From a virus: a stretch of 64,000 nt of DNA. Positions 46,912 to 57,099 of the stretch are shown in pieces. Each line of letters starts with the position of its first letter. Positions within the stretch are counted from its first letter, which is position 1. The stretch spans positions 1 to 64,000 of the IMG/VR virus record IMGVR_UViG_3300018414_000007. One strand, given 5' to 3'. Below the pieces are notes generated by a model. The model searched no databases, was not told the origin of the DNA, and saw nothing but the letters and a program-made list of their open reading frames with translations. Position numbers and translations under genes: made by a program.

Positions 46912-48503
46912 TGTGTTTATTAATCGCAGTAAAGTCAGGAGTAGATAAGTCTAGTGACATCCTCTTTGACGCTATAAGAACAGGAGCTACTACTAATACA
47001 GATGGAATTGGGTATGCATTTAAAAAAAGCAAACAAAATAAAATTTGGATTAGTAAAGGTTTTCAAGATGTAGATAAATTCATTACAACTCTACAAAAGA
47101 AGCACTTAAAACCAGAAGATGAACTTATTGTTCATTTAAGAATTGGTAATAAGGGTGCTAAAACTGTTGAAATGAATCATCCATTTGTTATATCTGATGA
47201 TGCTGATACAATTTTATCTAATGATGAATATGTACAGCTTCCAGTACTTGCACATAATGGTACTTTTCATAGTTACTCCATAACTAATAGTCAACTATCA
47301 GATACATTCTATTTTACTAAAGACTTTATGTCTATTCCAGAAATACAAAGTCTTCTGAAAAGAGATACAGATACTTTTAAAAGAATCTTTACTTCTACAC
47401 TGGGAATTAATAGACTAGCTCTATTATTCCCAGATAATACTCCACTAATAACACTTGGTAACTTTATTGAATCAGAAGGATATTTATTTTCTAATGAATC
47501 ATATAAGAAAAAGGTGTATAATGTTGGAGGATATGAAAGTTGGGATGATGAAAGGTATGCTACTAGTCGTGGTGGTGGACAAAATATATCTGATGGATGT
47601 TGGCAAAATGGAGTGTACCACAGTGGAAGTAAATACCCAGTAACACATTCTAGTATTCCAATTAATACTCCACATAAAGATACTAAATGGTTAGATAGAG
47701 ATGATGAAGATGAAGATGTTGTTATTGCTAATAAGAAGTTTTGTAAAGTAGGAGAAAGAAAAAGAGATGTTAGGGGCTTTTTACAAGCTGATCCTAAGTT
47801 TGATATTATTCCTCCAACAACTCCATTTTGGTGTATATTTAACAAAGCTACTAAACAATGGTATGATTCAACTGAAGGAAATATAGCTTATGTACCTCGT
47901 GCATATCCTGTTAATCAGTTTGATAGAACATTCTTTACTCCAACAGTATTTAACTATACTCATTTCACCTATTATAGTCCAATAGGAGATTCAATAAAAG
48001 GGATAAATCCTACAAAAAGATATCGTATTTATAACTTTGATTCTAGAGATCCTAGAGGAGCTACTTCAAAAGGTGTACATTTAGTTAATGAAATAAATTC
48101 TTATAAAAATGGTGAACCTCTTTATGGTACAACTGTTAGATCTTTGTGGTTAACTACTGAATCTTTAGTAGAACTATTTATACCTCAGTTAGAATCACCA
48201 AAACTAACATTAGCTTATAGAACTCTCTATAGACTTATGCATAGATTTAGCACCCCTTCTAAGAATTTAATGAATGCTACTGAGAAAGCTATCAGAGGAG
48301 CTGAAAAGAATGGAAAAGAATCTAATATTAACTTTAAGAATCAACAAGGATTAGAGTTATTAGGATTGAAGTTATTCTATAATTATTTATTAATAGACCT
48401 TCTTCCTTTTGATCAAGCTAGATTGAAATTTCTTGAAGTTCAAGATTTAACTCCAGACAATACAGTTTCTTATAAAGAAGCTTTAGAAGCATTAAATAAT
48501 TAA
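46911..48503 (+). CDS. second class II glutamine amidotransferase-like protein
   Basis: N-terminal MC, NTDGIG, HLRIGNKG, NHPF, AHNGT, SDT, FSN. Confidence 0.85.
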   Translation: MCLLIAVKSGVDKSSDILFDAIRTGATTNTDGIGYAFKKSKQNKIWISKGFQDVDKFITTLQKKHLKPEDELIVHLRIGNKGAKTVEMNHPFVISDDADTILSNDEYVQLPVLAHNGTFHSYSITNSQLSDTFYFTKDFMSIPEIQSLLKRDTDTFKRIFTSTLGINRLALLFPDNTPLITLGNFIESEGYLFSNESYKKKVYNVGGYESWDDERYATSRGGGQNISDGCWQNGVYHSGSKYPVTHSSIPINTPHKDTKWLDRDDEDEDVVIANKKFCKVGERKRDVRGFLQADPKFDIIPPTTPFWCIFNKATKQWYDSTEGNIAYVPRAYPVNQFDRTFFTPTVFNYTHFTYYSPIGDSIKGINPTKRYRIYNFDSRDPRGATSKGVHLVNEINSYKNGEPLYGTTVRSLWLTTESLVELFIPQLESPKLTLAYRTLYRLMHRFSTPSKNLMNATEKAIRGAEKNGKESNINFKNQQGLELLGLKLFYNYLLIDLLPFDQARLKFLEVQDLTPDNTVSYKEALEALNN

Positions 48504-48509
48504 AATAAA

Positions 48510-48541
48510 CTTGTAAATTAAAATAAAAAACATTAAATTTG
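48510..48541 (+). promoter_or_regulatory. Bacteroidota-type promoter
   Basis: CTTG-N20-TAAATTTG. Confidence 0.6.
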
Positions 48542-48542
48542 T

Positions 48543-48803
48543 ATGGAAAATTTAGCATCAATCCTTATTGGTATAGCATTAATTGCAGCAGGAATACTGT
48601 CTTATTGGTTATTTAAACCAAAAGATAAGAAGTCTATAGATAGTAATACACCTATTGAAGTAGATGAAAAGAAAGCTGAAGTAACTGAAGCAATTGTGAC
48701 AAAACCAAAGAGAGTGTATAAGAAAAAAGTAGCAAAAGAAGAGGAGATTAGTGGAGAAGGAGAAAGTTTACCAAGTACAACAGAAGGAGGACAGCAATCT
48801 TAG
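48543..48803 (+). CDS. membrane-anchored small protein
   Basis: N-terminal TM, KPKRVYKKK tail. Confidence 0.55.
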   Translation: MENLASILIGIALIAAGILSYWLFKPKDKKSIDSNTPIEVDEKKAEVTEAIVTKPKRVYKKKVAKEEEISGEGESLPSTTEGGQQS

Positions 48804-50646
48804 TAATAAGATTCTATCTGATATTGTAGTATTTAACAAATATGCAAAGTATATTCCAGAACTTAATAGAAGAGAGTCTTGGGAAGAGATAGTAACTAGA
48901 TATGTAAATATGCTTACAGATAAATATCCACTCTTAACAGAGGAGATATTAGTCAAAAGTAAATTTATATTTGAAAAGAAGGTATTACCTTCTATGAGAG
49001 CATTACAATTCGCTGGTATTCCTATTGAAAGGAATCCTAGTAGAGTATATAATTGTGCTTACTTACCAGTTGATGATTACAGAGCTTTTAGTGAAGCTAT
49101 GTTTTTATTATTAGGTGGTACAGGAGTAGGATATAGTGTACAATTTGCTCATATAGAAAAATTACCAGAGATAGTTAAACCAACTAAAACTAAACGTTAC
49201 TTAGTTAGTGATAGTATAGAAGGTTGGGCAGATTCCATTAAAGCTCTTATAAAGAGTTATCTGGGATATACTAATGCAAAGCCAAGATTTGATCTTTCTG
49301 ATATTAGAAAGAAAGGAGCTAGGTTAATAACTGCTGGAGGTAAAGCTCCAGGTCCAGAACCACTAAAGACTTGTTTGTTTCAAATTGAAACATTACTAGA
49401 AAGGAAAGAAAATGGGAGTAAACTAACAGATGTAGAATGTCATGATATTATGTGTTATATTGCAAATGCAGTATTAGCAGGTGGTATTAGAAGAGCTGCA
49501 ATGATTAGTTTATTCTCATTTGATTCCGAAGCTATGCTTACTAGTAAAACAGGTAATTGGTGGGAATTAAATGAACAAAGAGGTAGAGCAAATAACTCTG
49601 CTGTAATTGTTAGAAATAGAATAAACAAAGAAGATTGGGATAGAGTTTGGAAGATAATTGAAAATAGTAATTCAGGAGAACCTGGAGTCTATTTTACAAA
49701 TGATGCTAATTGGGGTACTAACCCTTGTTGTGAAATAGCATTAAGACCATTTCAATTTTGTAATCTTACTGAAGTAAATGTATCTGATGTTGAATCTCAA
49801 GAAGATTTAAATGAGAGAGTAACAATAGCTGCATTCTTTGGTACACTTCAAGCAGGATTTACAGATTTCCATTATCTAAGAGATATATGGAGAAAAACAA
49901 CTGAAAAAGAAGCTCTGATTGGAGTAGGTATGACTGGAATAGGTTCTGGTCAAGTATTAAAATATGATTTAAAAAGTGCTAGTAAAGAAGTTAAAAAAGA
50001 AAATGCAAGAGTATCTGATATTATATCTATCAACTCTGCAGCTAGGTGTACAACAATTAAACCTTCTGGGACTAGTAGTTGTGTACTTGGTACTTCTAGT
50101 GGAATTCATGCATGGCATGATACTTATTATCTCAGATCTATTAGAGTTGGTAAAAACGAGTCTTTATATACTTATTTAAGTATATATCATCCAGAACTAA
50201 TAGAAGATGACTTTTTTAAACCAGAGACACAAGCAGTAATAAGAATTCCACAGAAAGCTCCTAAAGGTTCTATATTAAGAACTGAAAGTGCTTTAGACCT
50301 ATTAAATAGAGTAAAGAAATTTAATCTTGAGTGGGTTAAATCTGGTCATAATAAAGGTAGTAATACTAATAATGTATCAGCTACAATATCAATTAAACCT
50401 GAAGAATGGGTAGAAGTTGGTGAATGGATGTGGAATAATAAAGAGACATTTAATGGATTAAGTGTATTACCATATGATAATGGTAGTTATATCCAGGCAC
50501 CCTTTGAAGTAATAACTGAAGAGGAATACAATAAGAAATTTGAAACACTAAAAAATATAGATTTAACAAAAGTAATAGAACTAGATGATAGTACACAGCA
50601 TTCTCAAGAAGCTTCTTGTGCAGGAGGACTATGTGAAGTTACTTAA
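48751..50646 (+). CDS. nrdJ: class II (adenosylcobalamin-dependent) ribonucleotide reductase
   Basis: VLPSMR, YNC, GGTGVG, GGIRRAA, TNPCCEI, TIKPSGT, C-terminal CAGGLC; no beta subunit gene nearby. Confidence 0.92.
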   Translation: MEKEKVYQVQQKEDSNLSNKILSDIVVFNKYAKYIPELNRRESWEEIVTRYVNMLTDKYPLLTEEILVKSKFIFEKKVLPSMRALQFAGIPIERNPSRVYNCAYLPVDDYRAFSEAMFLLLGGTGVGYSVQFAHIEKLPEIVKPTKTKRYLVSDSIEGWADSIKALIKSYLGYTNAKPRFDLSDIRKKGARLITAGGKAPGPEPLKTCLFQIETLLERKENGSKLTDVECHDIMCYIANAVLAGGIRRAAMISLFSFDSEAMLTSKTGNWWELNEQRGRANNSAVIVRNRINKEDWDRVWKIIENSNSGEPGVYFTNDANWGTNPCCEIALRPFQFCNLTEVNVSDVESQEDLNERVTIAAFFGTLQAGFTDFHYLRDIWRKTTEKEALIGVGMTGIGSGQVLKYDLKSASKEVKKENARVSDIISINSAARCTTIKPSGTSSCVLGTSSGIHAWHDTYYLRSIRVGKNESLYTYLSIYHPELIEDDFFKPETQAVIRIPQKAPKGSILRTESALDLLNRVKKFNLEWVKSGHNKGSNTNNVSATISIKPEEWVEVGEWMWNNKETFNGLSVLPYDNGSYIQAPFEVITEEEYNKKFETLKNIDLTKVIELDDSTQHSQEASCAGGLCEVT

Positions 50647-50657
50647 TACATAAAATT

Positions 50658-51209
50658 ATGAATTCAAGTCCAAGACTGAAATTTAGTTCTTTCATGAGAA
50701 GAACACCAAAAGTAACAACAGTTACAACTCCTACAGTAACTACAGAAAGAAGGAGAAGATCAGCATTAATGGAAGAAACTCCTGCACAACAAATAGTTGA
50801 GAAAAAGGAAGAACCAAAACCAGTTAAAAAGGTTAAATTAGAAGTTACAGTAAAAGAGACTTCTTATGACATTTATGAATGTGGTACAAAATCATTGGGT
50901 AGATTATGTAGTGTTTATCCCAGTCCTACAAACAATTGTCAAATTCAATCAATTTCTGGTATAGATTATGTTTTAGCTAATTTAAATACAGAAGATACTA
51001 TTACATTTCTTCATGAAGTTTATGAGAATACAGCTATGAAAACATTATTTCTAGTAGATGTATCTTCTCCTTATTTAAAAAGGATAGAAGCTATATTTGA
51101 ACCTAGTGAAATGTTAGTTAAAGCTCCTTATATTAATAATACAGGGAGTAGTATGTGTTTATACCTTCTTCAAATAAAACAAATGTTGGAAAGAAGAGAT
51201 TTAATATGA
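50658..51209 (+). CDS. hypothetical protein
   Basis: ORF track; SPTNNCQ motif. Confidence 0.55.
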   Translation: MNSSPRLKFSSFMRRTPKVTTVTTPTVTTERRRRSALMEETPAQQIVEKKEEPKPVKKVKLEVTVKETSYDIYECGTKSLGRLCSVYPSPTNNCQIQSISGIDYVLANLNTEDTITFLHEVYENTAMKTLFLVDVSSPYLKRIEAIFEPSEMLVKAPYINNTGSSMCLYLLQIKQMLERRDLI

Positions 51210-51418
51210 TTGATAAGAGAACGTTTAATAGACTTAAAAATTATTATTTTTCATTATATGAGATAGAACAAGAGCTAAGTGAAGCTCAATATCCCCAAAA
51301 ATCTACTATTAATGTAGATGAATATGACTTTTTAGAGTCTTTAAAGAGTAGACAAACTGATCAAATTGATAAAATAAAACAATTACTAGATGAATATAAA
51401 AATTCAGAAAGCACATGA
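51207..51418 (+). CDS. hypothetical protein
   Basis: Start at MIDKRT (coordinate approximate). Confidence 0.45.
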
Positions 51419-51818
51419 GGATGCAATCATCCCAAAATATCAAACTAAAGGAGCTGCAGGATTTGATTTTCATGCAATAGAGGATTTTACTCTATTAGAA
51501 GGACAAACAAGTCTTATTAAAACAGGATTAGTTTTTGAAGTTCCAGAAGGTTATGAATTACAGATTAGATCAAGGAGTGGTCTAGCTTTAAAGCACGGTG
51601 TATTTGTATTAAATGGTCCGGGTACTATAGACTCTGATTACAGAGGAGAAGTAGGTATTATTTTAACAAATGCAGGTAAGAATTTTACAATTAAAAAAGG
51701 AGACAGAATTGCACAAGGAGTAATTAACGCAATTATACAAGCAGAGTTTGAAGAGGCTTTAGAAGTTTCAGAAACTGGTAGAGGTAAAGGTGGTTTTGGT
51801 AGCACAAAATTAAAATAA
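51390..51818 (+). CDS. dut: trimeric dUTPase
   Basis: AAGFD, RSRSGLA, GTIDSDYRGE, GDRIAQ, RGKGGFGST. Confidence 0.95.
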   Translation: MNIKIQKAHEDAIIPKYQTKGAAGFDFHAIEDFTLLEGQTSLIKTGLVFEVPEGYELQIRSRSGLALKHGVFVLNGPGTIDSDYRGEVGIILTNAGKNFTIKKGDRIAQGVINAIIQAEFEEALEVSETGRGKGGFGSTKLK

Positions 51819-51820
51819 TT

Positions 51821-52072
51821 ATGAATAATGTAATTGAAGTATCAAAGAAAAGAACTCCTTTAGATGAGGTAGAACTCTGGCTAGGAGTTGCTAAAGCTAG
51901 ATTTGCTTATGAAATTAAAGATATGACTAGTTTACAATTATCAAACTTTCTGAATAGACAGTTTAGTATCAATTGTAGAGAAAGTGATATCTTTCTTTTA
52001 TATGAACCTACCGTTGATGAAATGGAAATAGATCTAGTAGCTCAGTTTAGTGCAATGGGTCTTTATTATTAG
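51821..52072 (+). CDS. hypothetical protein
   Basis: ORF track. Confidence 0.5.
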   Translation: MNNVIEVSKKRTPLDEVELWLGVAKARFAYEIKDMTSLQLSNFLNRQFSINCRESDIFLLYEPTVDEMEIDLVAQFSAMGLYY

Positions 52073-52080
52073 AATGTAGA

Positions 52081-52317
52081 ATGATTACAAACAAAACAAA
52101 ATGTAAAACTTGTAATGGAACAGGTAGAGTTATAGACACTATTATTCCAGGACGAGTAGATGAATTAAAATTATGTCCAGTATGTGAAGGATTAGGAGTT
52201 CCTTTAAGAACTATTGTAGAAGATCAATTTGATGAATCTGCAGAGATTGAAGGAACACTCTTACATAATGATGATGTTGGATATATAGATTTTGAAGAAG
52301 AGGATTACGAGTTTTAA
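52081..52317 (+). CDS. DnaJ-type zinc-finger small protein
   Basis: CKTCNGTG and CPVCEGLG. Confidence 0.7.
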   Translation: MITNKTKCKTCNGTGRVIDTIIPGRVDELKLCPVCEGLGVPLRTIVEDQFDESAEIEGTLLHNDDVGYIDFEEEDYEF

Positions 52318-52325
52318 AAAAATAA

Positions 52326-53009
52326 ATGAAATTTGAGATAGATATAGAGAGATTAATAGATGAAGGAGTAAAACTCCATCAATTCTTTTTATGTCAATTA
52401 GTATATCAACAAGACAGTAAAATATTAAACTATTACTTAGAACAATTTGGTACTTTTTTAGATAAAAATGATTTTGAATTTTTAGTAAGTAATGAATATT
52501 TAGGTTTACATAATCCACAAAAAGGATATGTATTCAGTAATCTATTTATTACTAAGAAATTTATAAATAAGTTTATTGAAAAAGAAGTTAAATCAAAATT
52601 GGAACAAGAATCAGTTGAAGATTGGATTGATTTGTGGTATAATTTATTTCCTAAAGGAGTAAAATCAGGAGGTTATCTTGTCAGAAGTGATAAGAATGGC
52701 TGTCTTAATAAGATGAAGAAATTCTGTAAGAAGAATCCTGATTTTACTAAGGAGATAATCTTAAAAGCTACTAGTGATTATATAGATTATTATAGAATGA
52801 GGAATTGGAGTTATATGACTTCAGCTCATTATCTAATATATAAGAATGATATATCACTATTAGCAGGTCAATGTGAGATGATACTAGACAAAATAAATTC
52901 TGGTAAAGAAGTAAATCTAAAAATAGAACAATATAAAATTGATTCTAAAGATAAAGATTATTTCTCAGAAACAGATATATTTGGTAGTAACATGATGGAT
53001 AGATTGTAG
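52326..53009 (+). CDS. putative replication initiator / helicase-loader-like protein
   Basis: WYNLFPKGV, ILKATSDYI, YM..A.Y.IYK; directly upstream of helicase. Confidence 0.55.
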   Translation: MKFEIDIERLIDEGVKLHQFFLCQLVYQQDSKILNYYLEQFGTFLDKNDFEFLVSNEYLGLHNPQKGYVFSNLFITKKFINKFIEKEVKSKLEQESVEDWIDLWYNLFPKGVKSGGYLVRSDKNGCLNKMKKFCKKNPDFTKEIILKATSDYIDYYRMRNWSYMTSAHYLIYKNDISLLAGQCEMILDKINSGKEVNLKIEQYKIDSKDKDYFSETDIFGSNMMDRL

Positions 53010-53017
53010 GGAGGAAA

Positions 53018-54154
53018 TTGACAGGAGAAGTAACAAGTTCTTCATATTACCGTAAAGTAATAGAAGACATAAAAAATAACAAGAAAAGAAGGTTAGAAGG
53101 AAAACTAAATTGTATACCTTGGAGAAGTTTTCCTAAATTATGTACAAAAATTCCAGGTATAGAACAAGAACAATATGTTATTGTTACAGCAAATAGTAAA
53201 GTAGGTAAGACTCAACTTGCAGATTTTCTATATGTATTAGAGCCATATAAGTTTATTAAGGATAATCCTGATTGTGGTATTAAGTTAAAGATATTTTATT
53301 TCTCTTTAGAAATTAGTAGAAAGAAGAAACTAATATCTCTATTAACAAATAAGATTTATAATGAAACTGGTAAAATAATTGATGCTCAGAATATTAATTC
53401 TAAGTTTGATAATTATATACTAGAAGATGATATAGAACAATTAATAGAAAAATATATACCCTATTTTGATGAGTTCGAGAAAACTGTATCTATTATTGAT
53501 AATATTAGGAATCCTTTTGGTATTTATAAGTATATGCGAACCTATGCGGAAACTCATGGTAAGTATGTTAAAAAGGAAATAGAAATAATAGATGAATATG
53601 GAAATGTAAAGAATGAACTAGTAAATGATTACTATGTTCCAAATGATCCAGATGAATATGTAATTGTGTTAACTGACTCAGCTAACTTATTAGCTCCTGA
53701 GAATGGAGGTAATTTGCATCAAGCTATGAGTAAGTTTAGTAGTGATTATTGTCTTCATATGAGAGATAAATGGAAGTACACAGTAGTTAATATACAGCAA
53801 CAAGCTGCAGAACAAGAGAAACAACAATTTAATAACTTTGGTGGTTCTATCACTAATAAACTAAGACCATCAGCAGATGGATTAGGTGATAATAAGCTAA
53901 CTGGTAGAGATTGTAATCTTATGTTTGGTTTATTTGCTCCACATAGATATGAAATAAAAACATATAATGGCTATGATATTGAAAGATTAAAAGACAATTA
54001 TAGAGAATTAAATGTTTTATTTAATAGAGATGGTGGTGGATTTTTTACAGATGACTTACTATTTAGTGGTGCTGTAAATCATTTTGAAGAAGCTCCTAGA
54101 GAAATCAGAGGAGATGAAGAATATAGTAAATTGTTAAAAAGGATAAGGAGTTAA
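53018..54154 (+). CDS. dnaB: DnaB-like (SF4) replicative helicase
   Basis: ANSKVGKT Walker A, YFSLEI, IQQQ, LGDNKLTGRD, NRDG; crAss-type. Confidence 0.85.
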   Translation: MTGEVTSSSYYRKVIEDIKNNKKRRLEGKLNCIPWRSFPKLCTKIPGIEQEQYVIVTANSKVGKTQLADFLYVLEPYKFIKDNPDCGIKLKIFYFSLEISRKKKLISLLTNKIYNETGKIIDAQNINSKFDNYILEDDIEQLIEKYIPYFDEFEKTVSIIDNIRNPFGIYKYMRTYAETHGKYVKKEIEIIDEYGNVKNELVNDYYVPNDPDEYVIVLTDSANLLAPENGGNLHQAMSKFSSDYCLHMRDKWKYTVVNIQQQAAEQEKQQFNNFGGSITNKLRPSADGLGDNKLTGRDCNLMFGLFAPHRYEIKTYNGYDIERLKDNYRELNVLFNRDGGGFFTDDLLFSGAVNHFEEAPREIRGDEEYSKLLKRIRS

Positions 54155-54766
54155 GTGAGAGAAGAAGAAGTAATGATAATGAGTGATACTAGTAGAGACT
54201 TAGTAATTCAAAAAACTAACCAAGATACAATGTTGCAAGAAGCACATACTTGGGTTAAGAGTGGATTATTGCCTGCTAATATCAAAACTCCAGAGCAAGC
54301 TGTAGTAATAGCTCTGAAGGGTAAAGAATTAAATCTACAGACTATGGCATCATTTGAAATGATTGATGTTATAATGGGTAAACCTTGTCTAAAGCCTAAA
54401 GGAATGGCAGCTTTAGTAAGAAAAGGTGGAGTAAAAACTAAAACCATCAAAGACTTTGAACCTGTTTATAATGAAGAGGGAAAGAAAGTAGATATGGAAA
54501 CTGTTATCAGATTCTATAGAGATGGTATTGAAGAAGACGTAAAATATACTTATATGGATGCTTCTAATTTAGGTTTAACTTCCAAAGATAATTGGAAGAA
54601 ACAACCTGGGGTTATGATGTATTGGAGGTGTTATAGCAAAGGAGCTAATAGAGTTTGTCCAGACTTGATTGGAGGATTATATACAACAGAAGAATTAGCA
54701 TCCTTTACAGCAAATGCACCAGAAATCATCTTAACAGAAGATGGAGAATCTGTAGTAGTACAATAA
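54155..54766 (+). CDS. single-strand annealing protein (RecT-like)
   Basis: KGKELNL, NWKKQPGVMMYWR, CPDLIGGLYTTEE. Confidence 0.75.
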   Translation: MREEEVMIMSDTSRDLVIQKTNQDTMLQEAHTWVKSGLLPANIKTPEQAVVIALKGKELNLQTMASFEMIDVIMGKPCLKPKGMAALVRKGGVKTKTIKDFEPVYNEEGKKVDMETVIRFYRDGIEEDVKYTYMDASNLGLTSKDNWKKQPGVMMYWRCYSKGANRVCPDLIGGLYTTEELASFTANAPEIILTEDGESVVVQ

Positions 54767-54942
54767 ATAATAATGAAAGTTGATAAAGTAGAAATAGCTA
54801 AAGAAGTATTAAGAGAAATGAAGATTTCATTTTGTAATGATATAGATGATAATGAATGGTATATTAGTACAGATGAAGATCATATAATTAATGCTATGTT
54901 AGTATTTTTAGAAAAAGTAAATAATTTAAAATAGATAGATAA

Positions 54943-55494
54943 GTGAACGAGGTAATGACAGAAAATAATAACGTAGTAGATTTTAGCCAAGTAGTAGAAC
55001 CTACAAATACTAATAAACCAGCAGTAAAAAGAGTATCTAAAGGTGCTCAAGTATTAACAATTACTGCTATTGAAGATACAATGAGTAGAGGTGGAACTCC
55101 AGGTTTTGCTGTAACTTTTGCAAATGTAGAAGGAGCAACTTTTCCACATACATTTTGGAATACACCAAAAGCAGTTGTAAGGATTCAAAATTTAGTAACA
55201 GGTTTTACTGGTGAAAAACCTACTGGTAAAATGGATACAGCATCTTTAAGTGCAGCTTTAGTAGGGCAATCCTCAAACTGTATTGTTGATGCTAATATCA
55301 AATTAAATGAAAGTAATGGAAAGGTATACAGAAATGAATATCCTACATTAAGATATAGTGGTTTTGCTAATAAAGTAACTCCATTTAAAGATTCTGATGC
55401 AGTAGTTAATGAACCAGCAGAACTTGGAAGTGTAACTTCTAATACTGTATTAGGAGTTATGGATCAACCAGATAATGGAGGACTTCCTTTTTAA
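54943..55494 (+). CDS. putative single-stranded DNA-binding protein
   Basis: OB-like beta core and acidic C-terminus ending LPF. Confidence 0.6.
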   Translation: MNEVMTENNNVVDFSQVVEPTNTNKPAVKRVSKGAQVLTITAIEDTMSRGGTPGFAVTFANVEGATFPHTFWNTPKAVVRIQNLVTGFTGEKPTGKMDTASLSAALVGQSSNCIVDANIKLNESNGKVYRNEYPTLRYSGFANKVTPFKDSDAVVNEPAELGSVTSNTVLGVMDQPDNGGLPF

Positions 55495-55508
55495 AATGGT
55501 AAGTTAAA

Positions 55509-55540
55509 TTTGTAATTACCGTTTTAATTTAGTATCTTTA
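55509..55540 (+). promoter_or_regulatory. Bacteroidota-type promoter for second HNH gene
   Basis: TTTG-N20-TATCTTTA, 3 nt before ATG 55544. Confidence 0.6.
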
Positions 55541-55543
55541 TAC

Positions 55544-56083
55544 ATGAAGAATTGTATCATATGTAAAGAAGTACAGCCATTAGATAACTTTTATAAACAT
55601 AAGGGTATGTCTGATGGCTTACTTAATAAATGTAAGTCTTGTTGTAAAAATCAGAGTAAGAAAAGAGAAAAGTTTCTAAGATTAAATAATCCTGAATGGG
55701 TTAAAAAGGATAGAAATAGGTGTAGATTAAAATTTCATAGGCTTAGTAAAAATTGGAAACAGCCCTCTGTAGAAGTTAAAAGAAAGAGAAATATGAATTA
55801 TAAAAAGAATTATCCAGAAAAATATGCTGCTCATTTAGCTTGTAAAAATTTAATCAAAGGAGATTCAAGTAATCACTTACACCATTGGTCTTATAATGAA
55901 CAACATTATACAGATTGTATTGAACTAAATTCTGAATGTCATAATTATGTACATAGATTTATCATATATGATCAAGAGTATATGATGTATAGAACTATAG
56001 ATAATAAACTTTTAGATACAAAGGAAAAGCATTTGGATTATATAAATCAATGTTTTAAAGACAATTTAATTAATAAACTTTGA
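55544..56083 (+). CDS. HNH homing-endonuclease-like protein
   Basis: CIIC..CKSC Zn finger; HLHHWSY..CH..VH. Confidence 0.8.
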   Translation: MKNCIICKEVQPLDNFYKHKGMSDGLLNKCKSCCKNQSKKREKFLRLNNPEWVKKDRNRCRLKFHRLSKNWKQPSVEVKRKRNMNYKKNYPEKYAAHLACKNLIKGDSSNHLHHWSYNEQHYTDCIELNSECHNYVHRFIIYDQEYMMYRTIDNKLLDTKEKHLDYINQCFKDNLINKL

Positions 56084-57099
56084 TCGTAGATTTTGATAGT
56101 ATACCTTTAACAAGTGCTGAGGATTTACTTAGTAAGGTTTCTGAAAAAGAAATCTATGAGTACTATCTTGGAGAATCTATTAAGGAAGGACGAGCTTATA
56201 CTTGTCCTTTCCATAAAGATAACACTCCATCTTTAAGCTTCAAATTGATGCCTAGTGGTTTATTATATCACAAATGCTTTGGATGTGGAGAGGGAGGAAG
56301 TGCAATTAACTTTGTAAGTAAATTAAAACATTTGTACTCAACCAGAGATGCAATAAGCCTAATACAGAGAGATTTAAACTTGGGTTTAGGAGGACCTGTA
56401 AGTTCTTCTACTACTCCTAGAGAAAGAGTATTAAATACGGGCTTTACTACAGAGGATAATACTGTTATTATACCAGTGAAACAATCTTTCACTCTAGCTG
56501 ATTATAGATATTGGCAGCAGTATTATATATCTCTTAACATGTTACTAAAGTATAATATAAGTAGCTGCAAGGAAGTATATATCAAAAGAATCAAAGAAAA
56601 TAGTCTAGCTTTATTTGCAGTGTATTCTAATACTAATCCTATTTATTGTTATGAGATAGGAAACAAATATAAGATTTATAGACCGTTAAATCCTACCAAA
56701 TCATTTAAATGGCTTAGTACCTGTAAAGCCATTGATATACAGGGGATGGAACAATTACCTTCTAAAGGTGATTTGCTTATTATAACATCCTCAATGAAAG
56801 ATCTACTTGTACTCAAACTATTTGGATATAATGCTATAGCATTAGGAGGAGAAGGTAATAGAATATCTGCAAAAATTCTAGACTATCTCTATGCCTGTTT
56901 TAATAAAATTATTGTATTTTATGATAATGATGAAGCAGGATTAAAGTATGGAGAAAAGTTTGCCTCTGAGATAGAGTCTAATTACATTTATATTCCAACA
57001 GAATATAGTGATACAAAAGATATCTCAGATTTTATTAAAAAGTATGGAAAAGAACAGACGGGAAGTTTGCTCAAAAATTTAATTAATGATAGTAAGTAA
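56080..57099 (+). CDS. dnaG: DNA primase (CHC2 zinc finger plus TOPRIM)
   Basis: CPFHKDNTPS..CFGC; IITSSMKD; YDNDEAG; KDISD. Confidence 0.9.
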   Translation: MIVDFDSIPLTSAEDLLSKVSEKEIYEYYLGESIKEGRAYTCPFHKDNTPSLSFKLMPSGLLYHKCFGCGEGGSAINFVSKLKHLYSTRDAISLIQRDLNLGLGGPVSSSTTPRERVLNTGFTTEDNTVIIPVKQSFTLADYRYWQQYYISLNMLLKYNISSCKEVYIKRIKENSLALFAVYSNTNPIYCYEIGNKYKIYRPLNPTKSFKWLSTCKAIDIQGMEQLPSKGDLLIITSSMKDLLVLKLFGYNAIALGGEGNRISAKILDYLYACFNKIIVFYDNDEAGLKYGEKFASEIESNYIYIPTEYSDTKDISDFIKKYGKEQTGSLLKNLINDSK

